A stretch of 64,000 nt of DNA from Tetramitus jugosus (GCA_937625935.1 OW569374.1:1-64000); one strand, 5' to 3'; shown: positions 21,090-32,635, counted from the first letter of the stretch. Notes: a model not told the origin generated them from the letters alone. Translations and numbers: made by a program.

Positions 21090-23372
21090 ATGAGCCACAG
21101 TGGTGACCAGGATCGACCTCAGCAGCAACAATTGTTTGTGTCTTCTGCAACAAAACAATCACCAGCCCCATCGCACACAACTTACTCAATTGTTACTGGC
21201 GATCCTTTACAACGATCAACAACGACAACAACAAGAACGAATACGACTACCGAAGGCTACCATCATCACAATCCTCCAAGTTACCATTACTCCCAAGTCC
21301 AAGAACAACAAAATGCCACATTCACAATGAACAACAACAGTCACAACATCAACAACAATCTATATGCCGACGATGGAATCAATCATCCTCCTCCTCAGAG
21401 GACTGCAGTGCCTCATCATCATCGTCCCTCCAATTCAGACTACAACAACTACAACAACAACCACAACTACAACCACAATAACCACAATAGTAATGAGATG
21501 ACGAATAGGAGTACGACGACTACTCTTGACTATCCGTACAATACTCACAACTTTATCCCAACCCATCTTTTGTACCAGACCCCCTCTCCTAATTCGACTT
21601 TATCATCTTTATCTAGCAACAGCAAGAATCCACTGGATCCACAGAATCCAACAATGACTGCTGTTGATCGCACAATGAACTTTACAAATTCGGCTCAATT
21701 GTCCTCCTCATCCATCATATCGTCGTCGTCATCGTCATCTTCTTCTTCTTCGACAACTTCTACATCTCGTACCACGACAAATACAATAGCCACCACCAAT
21801 TCACCATCATCTCTATTGTTTGTTAACAATCATTGCTTTAACTCCTCTGATCAATCTACGCCCATCTCTCCATCCATAATCTCTCGTCCATTGGCAACAG
21901 AGATTGTGAATGGATCTGCTGCAATTGTTGAGAGATTGGGTCCTCATGAGAACAACAACAACAACAACAACGACGACAATGACAATGACAACACCCCGAT
22001 CTCTCAAATGAGTCAGGAACAATTGCGATTGTACCTGTCAGGTCATGGCAACATTAGGCTACCACAGCAACAACAGTATCATCATCATCGGAATCAGCAT
22101 CATCAAGGTACAAAGAGAGACACTAAAGGGGAGGATCATGTGCGAGCAAGAGCAGCATCAAATGTGTCTACTACTACGACGACGATGACGACTACTACTA
22201 CTACGTTAACGACAGACAATACTTTGTCGTCAATGAATGATGAAACTCTGGACACAATGATGACAGAAGCAACCATCGAAGAATGGCCGAGCACTGGACA
22301 AACACCTGTGTTGCCCATACCTCCATCTCTCTTTCTGGCCTCATTGTTTACCACTGAAAAGATTTATCCATTGCACATGATGAGCACGCTTGCAATGTCG
22401 TGCTATCAACCATCTACATCTACGACAAGCACTCAAGAATCACAAAGTGCGTCGACAACAAGTAGTAGTAATAATCAGGGTGGTGGTGGCGGTGGAGAAA
22501 AGTTGTTAGTGAATCATCATAATCATACGAACAACAATGATTCACATGTTATTCAAGATGCAATTACTAAAATTGCAACGGTCACCATTGACAATTGCAC
22601 TTACACATTGGATTTAACAAATCCTGTGATTGTCGCAGAGTCATTGGAAGATTTATTGAGTGAAGGAAGTTTTCAAGCCACGGATCAATCATTACAGCGG
22701 AATCAGCAATTAACAGCGACGGCAACTCCATTGATTCATCACGCGACAAGTGTCAACGTGAATAATGTGAACAATACGCACAATTTGAATAATAGGAACA
22801 GTAGTAGTTCCAATGATAGTTCAAGAATAGTTCAGCCAACCATTCTTATAAGTCAACCACAGACATTCCCGTCGCAATCAGAGCGACAACAAAATTCACT
22901 ATTGAGTACCCCATCTTCAGCCGATTCGACATCTCAAATGTTTACGTTTACGTCGAATTCATTGGCATCTCCAGGTGTATTAACGACACCGACGACAATG
23001 ATAGGTCGTTTAACCTTATCACCCCTTCCTAATCAAACTCCAGCAATGACAACATCTCCACAACCAGATGCCATTCAGTCGGCTGACATGGGAACAAGCA
23101 ATCGGAAGAGACGAGGCAATAGGCAATCTTCATCACATTCCAGAGGAAGCAGTGCAGATGGACGGGAGGAGCAATTGTTTCCTCCTGATACGGAAGAGCT
23201 GAAGTTTCACGTCTATAATCCAAATGTTCGAACGAGGAAGAAGCGTGTTCCGAACAGACAGTACAGGACTGCCTCTGGCGATCAACAAGACATGGGCACT
23301 TCTTCAACAGATAATCAAACTAGGTCGAATTCATCAAACATCAGTTCGAACAACAAGTCAGAATCATTATAA
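21090..23372 (+). CDS. Low-complexity, probably disordered protein (N/Q/S/T/H-rich)
   Basis: 760-aa ORF with homopolymer tracts. Basic NLS-like RKRR and C-terminal LKFHVYNPNVRTRKKR. Confidence 0.75.
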   Translation: MSHSGDQDRPQQQQLFVSSATKQSPAPSHTTYSIVTGDPLQRSTTTTTRTNTTTEGYHHHNPPSYHYSQVQEQQNATFTMNNNSHNINNNLYADDGINHPPPQRTAVPHHHRPSNSDYNNYNNNHNYNHNNHNSNEMTNRSTTTTLDYPYNTHNFIPTHLLYQTPSPNSTLSSLSSNSKNPLDPQNPTMTAVDRTMNFTNSAQLSSSSIISSSSSSSSSSSTTSTSRTTTNTIATTNSPSSLLFVNNHCFNSSDQSTPISPSIISRPLATEIVNGSAAIVERLGPHENNNNNNNDDNDNDNTPISQMSQEQLRLYLSGHGNIRLPQQQQYHHHRNQHHQGTKRDTKGEDHVRARAASNVSTTTTTMTTTTTTLTTDNTLSSMNDETLDTMMTEATIEEWPSTGQTPVLPIPPSLFLASLFTTEKIYPLHMMSTLAMSCYQPSTSTTSTQESQSASTTSSSNNQGGGGGGEKLLVNHHNHTNNNDSHVIQDAITKIATVTIDNCTYTLDLTNPVIVAESLEDLLSEGSFQATDQSLQRNQQLTATATPLIHHATSVNVNNVNNTHNLNNRNSSSSNDSSRIVQPTILISQPQTFPSQSERQQNSLLSTPSSADSTSQMFTFTSNSLASPGVLTTPTTMIGRLTLSPLPNQTPAMTTSPQPDAIQSADMGTSNRKRRGNRQSSSHSRGSSADGREEQLFPPDTEELKFHVYNPNVRTRKKRVPNRQYRTASGDQQDMGTSSTDNQTRSNSSNISSNNKSESL

Positions 23373-23414
23373 AAATCATTTTGAATCATTAGCTAATGGT
23401 GTCTGGTGTTTTGT

Positions 23415-23457
23415 TTATTGTGTTCGGCATTGGGTTCCTCTCTGCCCAGTCTCTTCC

Positions 23458-23489
<32 letters not shown>

Positions 23490-24989
23490 AACAAAAGCAA
23501 TTCGAGAAAGGAGTTGATTAAAGGATCGATTTCTTTCTTCGGAAGCTTCTCCACCTGTCGTGGGTGTTCCTTCGTCTGACTCATCCTCCTCCATTCCATT
23601 CATCAAATTCATCAATCTCAGCACGAACGAAGATGGAAGAAGTAGAGAGGATTGACTACTCTCTGCTTCTTGTTCGTTCCTCTCCTTGATTTCGTCAATT
23701 TTGTTCATTTCTGTCGATCGAGCTTCCAAGGCAGTTGGTTCCCAGATTTTAATATCATAATCGATGCCACTGGAAGCAAACATGAGTGGGTACACTGGAT
23801 GAAGGTCCAAGCAGTTCACAACATGTTTGTCCCCCTTTGCACAGTGCACAATTTGACCACTGTCCTTCTCCCATATAAATACGTTGCCGTCATCGGAGCC
23901 ACTCAGAATGTACTCGTGTCTCGGACCCAAAAAGTTCACTTCCTTCACCGTTCGAGTGTTCCTATGACCAGAATACGACTGTACATACTCATTCACAACA
24001 ATCTCGTCCGATTGAGCATCCTTTGTTCCCTCTGCTTCCACATCAAACATGTAGATAGAGTCACCACTGAACGTACCAATAATCTCTGTTCCACTGTAGT
24101 TGTAACGAACACCTGTAATGTGCGTGGGCATAAAGAAGCGATTCTGTTCCTCAAGTCTCTCGTTCTTCTCAATCAAACGCTGTGGTGCAAACACTTTGAG
24201 GCACTTGAGACTAGGACTATTGGGTTGGTTCATTCTTCTATCGTACAGTCGAATAAAGTAATCACCACCACCGACAATCATAAAATTGGTGTTGACTGGG
24301 TTCAGATCAACAGAGTGAATGGCAACTGCTTTGCTGTGACCTCGATGACCAGGTGACTCCAAGTGACTCCAATCTACGAGTATAGAAGAACAGTTTCGAG
24401 TCGTGGCTTCTCTCAGATCGAACTGACGACATGTTCCATCCTGACTAGAGCTAATAATGATATTGGGGTTGTGAGGTTCCAGAGCCAACTTGTGAGTCAT
24501 CTCACTGTGATTATTAAACCGATGAATCGCAGTGTATGAACTCTGGGCATAATTTACATCATATACATTCAAGATACCATCGGCGGCACAACTCACCAGT
24601 CGTGAATCATTCGTCTCCGGCAGAAATTTACAACAAAAAATATTTCCACTGTGCGAAGTGGGAATTGAGACAATGACACGCTGTTTTTCAACGTTCCAAA
24701 TGTTTAGCTTCACATCATCGCCTCCACTGACGAGCAACGTACCCGATGGATTCCACTGAACAGTGTTCACACAACCTTCGTGCGGATGCAAAGGATCACT
24801 CCAAACATGAGGTTCCAATCGAGACACTAGACCCTTGTTCGCACAAATCTGACTGATTAAGCCTTGTTTAAGAGTCGTATTGTTCTTGTACACGTTGTAC
24901 TTGTCCGATCGAGAGGCTCGATTCGTGTTCAACGAATGCTGTTGTTGGCAGAGAGAAATTAAGTTGGAGTCGTTCCAATTTTCAACCAT
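23415..24989 (-). CDS. DCAF8/WDTC1-like WD40 protein (CUL4-DDB1 substrate receptor family)
   Basis: HEGCVNTVQWN, LVSGGDD, HSGNIF, YSGHRNTRTVKEVNF, SGSDDG, ASSGIDYDIKIWEP. Confidence 0.9.
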
Positions 24990-25190
24990 GATTGCACTTG
25001 CACTTCAACCCTCTGTTGTTGTTATTCTGAAGTGAACGTTTTTTTCTGATCCCAACCCAATCCACACACTGCTGTGATCGAGCTATTTGAACTTGAAGGA
25101 ATTTTCCGCTTTTTCTTGATGCGACTTGATTTTGTAATCAGATTCTTCTTGTTTGTTGTTCGTTCCAGGCACAACCTTTCAGCAGAAAAA

Positions 25191-25814
25191 ATGCACAACG
25201 ACATACCACAACTCATTGACGACTCATGGGACGAGATTTTCTCCTTTCTGACACTCTCTGAGCAGATGAAACTATGTAATATTACGCCATACACGAGAGC
25301 TAAGTGCCACAAGTTTGTGGAGAAGCTAGAAGTCTTTCCCGTAACGCTCAACGAGAAGGATCTCTCCGACTATATTGAATTGAATGATGAAGAAGTCATG
25401 CAAGATAGTTTGTTGAGGTTCATTACACAGCTCGAACTCCGATATTGCAAGGTGCAACCAGAACAGTTACAGATCATTCTGCAGCACTGTCCTCGATTGG
25501 AGAAGTTAACTATTAGAGGAGACATTCACAAACTGTTTTCGACTATGCCACACTATCCAACAGAGAATATACCAAGGGTGGCTGAAATGACTCTGCTAGG
25601 AGAAATTGAAGATGAGGATTTATTCCACATATCTGCCAGTATGCCGAATTTACACAGCATTGACCGCTTGTATGACTGTAACGGCTTCTCAGTGGTGGGA
25701 GCCATGTGGATCGATTGCTATGCCGACATTGACATCAACTCCACAATGGATTTCCATGTGTATTGTGTTCAGGCCTTCAGCAGTGACAAAAATGAATCAT
25801 TTCACTACCGCTGA
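25191..25814 (+). CDS. F-box/LRR-like protein
   Basis: LIDDSWDEIFSFLTLSE is F-box-like; ILQHCPRLEKLTI and SMPNLHSI are LRR-like. Confidence 0.7.
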   Translation: MHNDIPQLIDDSWDEIFSFLTLSEQMKLCNITPYTRAKCHKFVEKLEVFPVTLNEKDLSDYIELNDEEVMQDSLLRFITQLELRYCKVQPEQLQIILQHCPRLEKLTIRGDIHKLFSTMPHYPTENIPRVAEMTLLGEIEDEDLFHISASMPNLHSIDRLYDCNGFSVVGAMWIDCYADIDINSTMDFHVYCVQAFSSDKNESFHYR

Positions 25815-25999
25815 GTAACTCACCCCAACAGAAACGTTGCAGCAGAAATTAGGTCGTGCGATATCTTTTTGTAATCCTCCTGCACCCGTCAAATTGCCGA
25901 AAATGAACTATAAATAGCGCAACACGTCCTCAGGATCACACAACATTAAAAAAACAAAACAACAACAACATTTCTATTATAATATCAACCAATTCAATC

Positions 26000-28522
26000 A
26001 TGGCTGCGAGCATCGAAAAGCTGACACTTCTCAAAAATATAACCGACGCTCAAAAGTTGGCTTCCAACTCTGTTGTCTCTGTTCCCTCTTCTCTTCACTT
26101 TTGTCGTTCAGTTGAAGATGAACACTTGTACTTTTTAAGCTTTCCTCTTTCATCATCATCCTCATCATCATCATCATTAGATGTTGCATCGACAACCAAA
26201 GTACTCAATCGAATCAACACTACCACTACTACTACTACTGCTACTCCTACGAGTATCAATGATTCGTTTGAAACAATTCTCAGTAGTTATCACAGCAATG
26301 ATAATAATAGTAGTGGTGAGAATAGACAATTGTCAAGAGAGGAAATTTTGTTGAGAGAACGTACGAGACAAGTTCAATTAAGCGGTATTTCTTCCTATCA
26401 ATTACATGAGAAGAGTCGCAGGATTTTGTTGCCCAATGGTCCCAATGTTCACTTGTATGACATGGATCAAAAAACGATGAAAACACTTGATTTTTCACAT
26501 GATTCCTCCAACTTGTCTACTACTACTACTCACGTGAGTAAGAGTAGTGGTGATCATCAGGAGAGTGATTCATTGGTCAATGCTGCCAAAATGGACTGTA
26601 AATTTAGTCCTGATGGTCAATTTGTGTCATTTGTGGCCAGTGGTGACCTGTATGTGTATCATATTGAAACGGATGTGATTCAGAGGTTGACTCACACGTC
26701 TCTCAAGTCATCAAATCATCCAAAGAGAAGAACAATCAGTGCAGGTGTCTCTGAATTTATTATGCAGGAGGAATTTGATCGTTACACTGGCTATTGGTGG
26801 TGCCCTGTTGTTTCGACAATGAACGGTATCGAACAACAAGGTAGCAGTAGCAGCAGCAACAACGTGACATACAAGATTGCCTATTTGGAAGTGGATGAGT
26901 CAAATGTTCCTACTATTTTGATTCCACAGAGCGGCACGGATAAGTTGGATGTGGATGAGTATCAGTATCCGAGACCTGGTGAACCAAATGCTCGATCCAA
27001 GCTCAAGGTTGTTTCTTTTACGGCAAACAGTAAGCTCAATCAGCAGCCAAGAACTATTTCGTTCCCTGATTTATTGAAGGAACAAATACCATGGTGTGAG
27101 TATGTACTGCGTGCTGGTTGGTTGCCGTCGGGAAACTCTGTTTGGTTGTGGTTGTTGGATAGGAAGCAACAACGCTCTGCACTCATTACTGTTGATACAT
27201 CGAGAAACGATACGTGTGTTGAGGTGGTTATCGAAGAGATATCGGATATTTGGGTCAATACGAAACAGACAATACACTTCTTACAGGGAGATGCCACGAA
27301 GCAGCGAGTTCTGTTCGGACAGGAAACCAACGGTTTTAATCACCTGTATTTGTATGAACGAGATTCGGAGAGCGGAGAATATAGATTAGTTCGACCTGTG
27401 ACTCACGGTAATGATTGGATGGTACTGTTTGATCACTTGTGGGTGGACGAGCAGAATTCGACAGTCTATTTTATGGCGACGAAGGATTCAGCCCTTGAGG
27501 ACCATCTCTATTCTGTTTCTATCGAAGGCGAACAACCCAATGCGAACCTTACAAGGATTACGCAGCTTGGCATGCACGTGCAACATGTCACATTCAATCA
27601 AGACTTTTCCAAGTTTGTCACAATTTGCTCATCCAAAACTAGTGAGCCAATCATGAGACTTCATTCAAAGGATGGTGCTACTGAAATTGATTATAGACGA
27701 CTTGTTACTCCACTATCCTTCGCAACTGCTGATCCAAAACTCTATAGCTTCACAAATGATACGGAAGAAACAGTGTATGGATCTGTTTTCTTGCCGCCCA
27801 ATTATGATGCCAGTCAGCAATATCCATGCGTACTCTACGTTTATGCTGGTCCTCATGTACAATTAGTGAAGAATTCGTATGCTCTGTTCGCACAGACCAG
27901 GTGCCAATTGTTGGCTTCAAAGGGATTTGTAGTCGTGATACAGGATGGTAGAGGATCATTCAACAGAGGTCTCAAATTCGAAGGATATTTGAGATGTAAG
28001 ATGGGTCAGTTCGAATTGGACGACCAGATTAAGGGTATTCAATCTTTAATTTCTGGCGAAAATCATCAACAATTGAAAGTAAGCATTGATCAAGCAAGAA
28101 TAGGAGTTTTCGGTTGGAGTTATGGAGGCTACATGAGCTTGTGCGCCATGTGCAAGTACTCTAACTTTTTCAAGGTGGGAGTAGCTGGTGCACCAGTTGT
28201 CCAGTGGGAGTTGTATGATACTGGTTACACTGAGAGGTACATGGACACACCAATCAACAATCAGGACGGTTACGAAAAGGGCAGTGTACTCACTTATGTG
28301 TCAGATTTCCCTGAGGAAGAAGATCGATTGTTAATCATCCATGGCCTCAGTGATGAGAATGTTCACTTTAAGCATGTCGAAGTCTTACTCTCTCAGTTGA
28401 TTAAGCACCAAAAACCATATCAATTGGCTCTTTACCCTGGAGAGAGGCACGGTGTACGTGGTATGAATGGTGTTTTACATTGGACGAGCAGAATGATTCA
28501 ATTCTTTGTAAGAAATCTCTAA
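26000..28522 (+). CDS. DPP9: Dipeptidyl peptidase 8/9-like (S9B)
   Basis: QEEFDRYTGYWW, YAGPHVQLV, catalytic GWSYGG, YDTGYTERYM, HGLSDENVHF, YPGERHG. Confidence 0.93.
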   Translation: MAASIEKLTLLKNITDAQKLASNSVVSVPSSLHFCRSVEDEHLYFLSFPLSSSSSSSSSLDVASTTKVLNRINTTTTTTTATPTSINDSFETILSSYHSNDNNSSGENRQLSREEILLRERTRQVQLSGISSYQLHEKSRRILLPNGPNVHLYDMDQKTMKTLDFSHDSSNLSTTTTHVSKSSGDHQESDSLVNAAKMDCKFSPDGQFVSFVASGDLYVYHIETDVIQRLTHTSLKSSNHPKRRTISAGVSEFIMQEEFDRYTGYWWCPVVSTMNGIEQQGSSSSSNNVTYKIAYLEVDESNVPTILIPQSGTDKLDVDEYQYPRPGEPNARSKLKVVSFTANSKLNQQPRTISFPDLLKEQIPWCEYVLRAGWLPSGNSVWLWLLDRKQQRSALITVDTSRNDTCVEVVIEEISDIWVNTKQTIHFLQGDATKQRVLFGQETNGFNHLYLYERDSESGEYRLVRPVTHGNDWMVLFDHLWVDEQNSTVYFMATKDSALEDHLYSVSIEGEQPNANLTRITQLGMHVQHVTFNQDFSKFVTICSSKTSEPIMRLHSKDGATEIDYRRLVTPLSFATADPKLYSFTNDTEETVYGSVFLPPNYDASQQYPCVLYVYAGPHVQLVKNSYALFAQTRCQLLASKGFVVVIQDGRGSFNRGLKFEGYLRCKMGQFELDDQIKGIQSLISGENHQQLKVSIDQARIGVFGWSYGGYMSLCAMCKYSNFFKVGVAGAPVVQWELYDTGYTERYMDTPINNQDGYEKGSVLTYVSDFPEEEDRLLIIHGLSDENVHFKHVEVLLSQLIKHQKPYQLALYPGERHGVRGMNGVLHWTSRMIQFFVRNL

Positions 28523-28591
28523 GCGCAACAATTGGTCACGATGGCAACCCTTTTTGTTGTATGCCACTTTTCACGCACACAAGATTGTTTA

Positions 28592-29581
28592 TTAAAGACC
28601 TGAATAACCTGCATTTGTTTGTTGTGATCCATAATTTTGGTAAGTTGGCACTTGAGACTGATAGTATGGTTGCTGATACTGTTGACCACCAAGTTGCGTA
28701 CTCTCCTGCTGGTCGTATTCCAGTGGAGCGGCTTCTGATATGATGACAGGACTAAAGGTTGCATGGACTTGTACTTGCGGCAGAACGGACACTCGTTTCT
28801 CAATGGAAAACTCTTGAGTATAGCACAAGTAATCCACATAGAAGCAATAAGCAACACCCAACATTAAAAACACAGACAGATAGAAGAAGACTGAGCCAAA
28901 CAATGGTGGTCTGCGAGTGCCAACAAATGCCATCACGGTGCTCTCAAAATTTGGGAGATCCATGTGCTCGTAGTAATCCATGAGGCGATCTCTCCAGCGA
29001 TTATCAATCACAATCTGTGCCTGTGCATCCCTGTACGCATTCAACGTTTGTTCATCCGTAAAGATCCAATTCTTTTTCAAATACAGCTTCAAGAACGGTT
29101 TGTTCTTCTTTGCTTGTTGTTCGTCAATGGACAACAAGAACACTTGAGAGACATCTTCCCAGCTGACGTAACGGAATGTACGACTCTCCTGATGAGTCAC
29201 CACTCTTTTGGTGTGTCTGCTTGACTTTACTCTTCCGTTGGAATCACGACTCGTCTTAGTTGTTGTCTCATAGTGATAGCAAGTGACATTGTGAGTAATA
29301 TCCGGTGCACAGTGTTGCAACTGCTGCACATACTCATAGACAGAACCACAAGATAATGAGTTCGCCAGGAAGCTACGGGTTTCAGTTCGGAAACAGAAGA
29401 TGCAATAGACAAAGTAAGTCAGAGCGATCCCAATACTAAATTGGATACGTCCAATGAGAACCAAAGATGGTCTACGACCATACTTAAAAATTTCACAGCA
29501 GACAAAGGCAATGACCAACGAGATGCAAATTAACTGGCTGACGAAAGCCGCTGAGCGTGTCACTTTTTCTCTGATACCCAT
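28592..29581 (-). CDS. TMEM151-family membrane protein, copy 1
   Basis: TM segments plus CYHY...KRVVTH...FRYxSWEDVS, matching the TMEM151 pattern. Paralog at 39374-40471. Confidence 0.75.
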   Translation of the reverse strand: MGIREKVTRSAAFVSQLICISLVIAFVCCEIFKYGRRPSLVLIGRIQFSIGIALTYFVYCIFCFRTETRSFLANSLSCGSVYEYVQQLQHCAPDITHNVTCYHYETTTKTSRDSNGRVKSSRHTKRVVTHQESRTFRYVSWEDVSQVFLLSIDEQQAKKNKPFLKLYLKKNWIFTDEQTLNAYRDAQAQIVIDNRWRDRLMDYYEHMDLPNFESTVMAFVGTRRPPLFGSVFFYLSVFLMLGVAYCFYVDYLCYTQEFSIEKRVSVLPQVQVHATFSPVIISEAAPLEYDQQESTQLGGQQYQQPYYQSQVPTYQNYGSQQTNAGYSGL

Positions 29582-29699
29582 TCCATTGCATGCTCGTAAA
29601 CTTCTACAAACCAAAAAGTTCTATCAAATATGTTTCAACGAATTTAATAAATTTTGAACATCATAATTTTACATCCAGATCTTGTTGCTTACTGATCAA

Positions 29700-32435
29700 T
29701 CAAATAAATGATTCTCTTCCACCCCATTCCACAGCTAAGAGGCAATCGTTCATAGTTGGATCAATTCTTTGGATAGTAGGCAGCTCTTTTTTCACTCTGT
29801 CTTCTGACCAATCGAACAATGAGCTACGCCCTTCCTTGAACAACATCATGACACGAATGTATTGATTTGGTGTTGGTTCAATCAAGCACTCAACACTGGA
29901 GCAGAATTCAGTTGGTTGATTGTGATGTATGTGCTGATCAGTCTCGAATTTGATGAGACAATTCTCTCTCTGATTCAACTGGGTCAACCAATACACAATG
30001 AAGTCATTTGACTCTCGTTCAGACATTCCCAACTGTTCCAAACATTGTTCCAAGAATGTAATATAGTCTGATTTACTGACTGAGAACACGCCCTTACTGT
30101 ATTCCCACGACTCTCTTCTGATGTCCTCTGAGAATTGATGATGAATAACAGTCTCCCAAAATATGTACTGCAGTTTTCTATTGTTTGTTGCGTCGATTAA
30201 AGTTCCGTCATTTGCAGTGAGTACTTGCCAACTCTTCTCTACAGGACAATGGTAGTGAGGATACACTGCATCGACAGCCTCTTTTTCATTGTCTTTTAGT
30301 GAGATTGAAATCCTGTCACAACTTCCCGTTTTGTAGAGATACAGGATAGGCTTCATTGCCTTTGCTTTATAAACCCTATTGGACAATATGCGGTATATAC
30401 CCATTCGGAAAGCCGAGAAGAACATACGGTCAATTATTTCGGTCGAGTCTTCGATTGGGCCAAGTTCGCAATAATTGATCAGACGAGTGGGTATTGTGGC
30501 ACGCACTGGACTGATATGACGATCACCGACCACCAATGTAAAAAAGTGATCACGATCCGCAAATCTATGGGGTATCATGTCACACAGCTCTATTGCTTGT
30601 TGCAATGTTGTATCTGTGACACAACGAGCTGAGGTAACAAAAAACAAGTGACTTGGTTCGAAGATACTCAATCGATGCTTGACTACTTCAGAGGACAGCA
30701 GAGCATCGAACTTCACTGAGATGAAAACTTCTTTTCCACCTGAATCTTTAAACCTGATGGTATGTGTCGCTTTTGAGAGATACTCTTCGTCAAACAATTC
30801 CTCAATCCCACAATTTCTAACCAAGAATGAATGAATAACTCTCCAAAAGTCCGGATACTCGTCAATAATGAACACACAATTTAGATACAATGATGAGTTA
30901 CAAGTGTTCTCCAAAAAACACTCAGCTTTTTGAAACCTGTACGAAAGCAGATACTGTTCTGTTATTTCATTCAAGTCAAAAGCAGGCATATCTTTAATTT
31001 CTCCAGTCTCTCGCAAGTACACCAACATCTTTTCACATCTTGATGCCAGTTCACTAAGTGACATGTTCTTTGAAATTTTGTGCAACTCGATGATATTGGT
31101 TGCATCGATTCTACGAGCAATTGCCTCTTCGCACAAGGACATTAAATGAATATCATCCATTAACTTGGCTATACCGATCAACTCAACCCCAATCTCTCCA
31201 AGGTCCTCACTGCGCATATATCCATGATACAAATAAAACACATATGACTTTAAAACAGAATAGCTCTGACATAATGGAAGTTTCACTCGCAGCATGTTCG
31301 ACTCGCTCATTCGTGACAAAAACATGTTCCTGAAATATTCACTGCGAGCCATCAATACAGATTTGTGTAAGTTGACCGATGTTTTGGTAGAATCCGTCTC
31401 TTCATCTATATCCAACTCTAACGTCATATCGCCATGAATTTTCCTTTGTGCGTATAAGTTCCACTCAGATTTAGTTGCAGAGTGAACGAATGATCTGAGT
31501 TCTTGCGATGATGTACTGATGTGTGACATTAATGCATCCAATAGAGTCGATCCTAATCTCTGAATCTGAGTAATAATATTCTGAGAGTATCCATGACGAA
31601 CCAATTCATCCAATTGAAGATAGATGAATGATTCAATCATGTGATTGTGCATCTGTAAATGTTGAAAAACAGCAAACATTTCGAGCAAAGTACATATCCA
31701 TGCATCCAATCTACGTTCTTCCTCTTTTGATAGCTCAGTTGAATCAACCAGTGTTGGACGCTGAAGCATTGAAACATCAAAATATGAGCCACTAAAATAG
31801 TCGGAACGAACCTGTCCAGTATACATGATTCGCACAATGGCATCCAACACAAGTTCAGAACATGGAACATCATCATCCATACACAACACAAATTCAGAGA
31901 TGGACTCGTTATTGTCTTTGGTCATCACAACTGATTGAATCCTAGAGGCTGTCTCATTGGAGACATTGGAACGAATGATTGAGAGGTGACACCACAAGCG
32001 ATGCTTTCTCTCTCTTGTCTCATTACCATCATCACAAGATGACCTATATTGAATCATCAATGAGTCCCACTGCTTCAAAACTGCCCCATCTTGTCCCAGC
32101 CCCAGCTCTCGCCAAAATCGATCCATATCCTCAACGAATCGTTGCTTACTCTCACTCTTGTGCTCATCCAACAAAATACCTTGGAGTGCAACTCGTTTCA
32201 AAGCAGACAGCAACCAATGTTGACCTCGATCCACACTTTCACGCATCGTCGTCTGAAGTCTGAGGTAGGATGCCTTGTCATGTGCCAGATGAGGAAACGC
32301 AGCCAATAGTTCAGTGTTGAGACGACGAGTCCTTCTTCTTCGGTTGCGATTCATCATGCATGAGAAGACAACGATTGCTGGCCAGCATGCGGCAAACAGA
32401 CAAATTGCTTGAGCATAACCCACAAGTTGGCGCAT
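29700..32435 (-). CDS. BTB/POZ protein with N-terminal hydrophobic anchor and C-terminal uncharacterised KPxIYLY-type domain
   Basis: BTB: LHKSVLMARSEYFRNMF...FYLYHG. C-terminus: KPILYLY, WQVLTANDGTL, YIFWE, FLEQCLEQLG..E..DFIVYWL, VEWGG. Confidence 0.8.
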   Translation of the reverse strand: MRQLVGYAQAICLFAACWPAIVVFSCMMNRNRRRRTRRLNTELLAAFPHLAHDKASYLRLQTTMRESVDRGQHWLLSALKRVALQGILLDEHKSESKQRFVEDMDRFWRELGLGQDGAVLKQWDSLMIQYRSSCDDGNETRERKHRLWCHLSIIRSNVSNETASRIQSVVMTKDNNESISEFVLCMDDDVPCSELVLDAIVRIMYTGQVRSDYFSGSYFDVSMLQRPTLVDSTELSKEEERRLDAWICTLLEMFAVFQHLQMHNHMIESFIYLQLDELVRHGYSQNIITQIQRLGSTLLDALMSHISTSSQELRSFVHSATKSEWNLYAQRKIHGDMTLELDIDEETDSTKTSVNLHKSVLMARSEYFRNMFLSRMSESNMLRVKLPLCQSYSVLKSYVFYLYHGYMRSEDLGEIGVELIGIAKLMDDIHLMSLCEEAIARRIDATNIIELHKISKNMSLSELASRCEKMLVYLRETGEIKDMPAFDLNEITEQYLLSYRFQKAECFLENTCNSSLYLNCVFIIDEYPDFWRVIHSFLVRNCGIEELFDEEYLSKATHTIRFKDSGGKEVFISVKFDALLSSEVVKHRLSIFEPSHLFFVTSARCVTDTTLQQAIELCDMIPHRFADRDHFFTLVVGDRHISPVRATIPTRLINYCELGPIEDSTEIIDRMFFSAFRMGIYRILSNRVYKAKAMKPILYLYKTGSCDRISISLKDNEKEAVDAVYPHYHCPVEKSWQVLTANDGTLIDATNNRKLQYIFWETVIHHQFSEDIRRESWEYSKGVFSVSKSDYITFLEQCLEQLGMSERESNDFIVYWLTQLNQRENCLIKFETDQHIHHNQPTEFCSSVECLIEPTPNQYIRVMMLFKEGRSSLFDWSEDRVKKELPTIQRIDPTMNDCLLAVEWGGRESFI

Positions 32436-32635
32436 GTTCTGTCCGTGTTCGTTTTTCTATTGTTCTCTGTTCTTGTGGGGTGATGGGGAGAATTTTTCTT
32501 CCTTTCATGAGGAGACCACAAAATTGCAAATGAGCAATATTGTAAAGAAGAACGGTTGAGACTCGTCAGGAACTTCCGTTCTTGAATCGGCCGATTTTTC
32601 TGATCCCGGGAGCGGGCGAGAAGGATCACAAACAG

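Noticed and set aside
23652-24356. 234-aa antisense ORF within the DCAF8-like gene (and 61741-62394, alternate frame in the 7TM gene)
   Set aside because: No motifs; consistent with shadow ORFs caused by codon bias.
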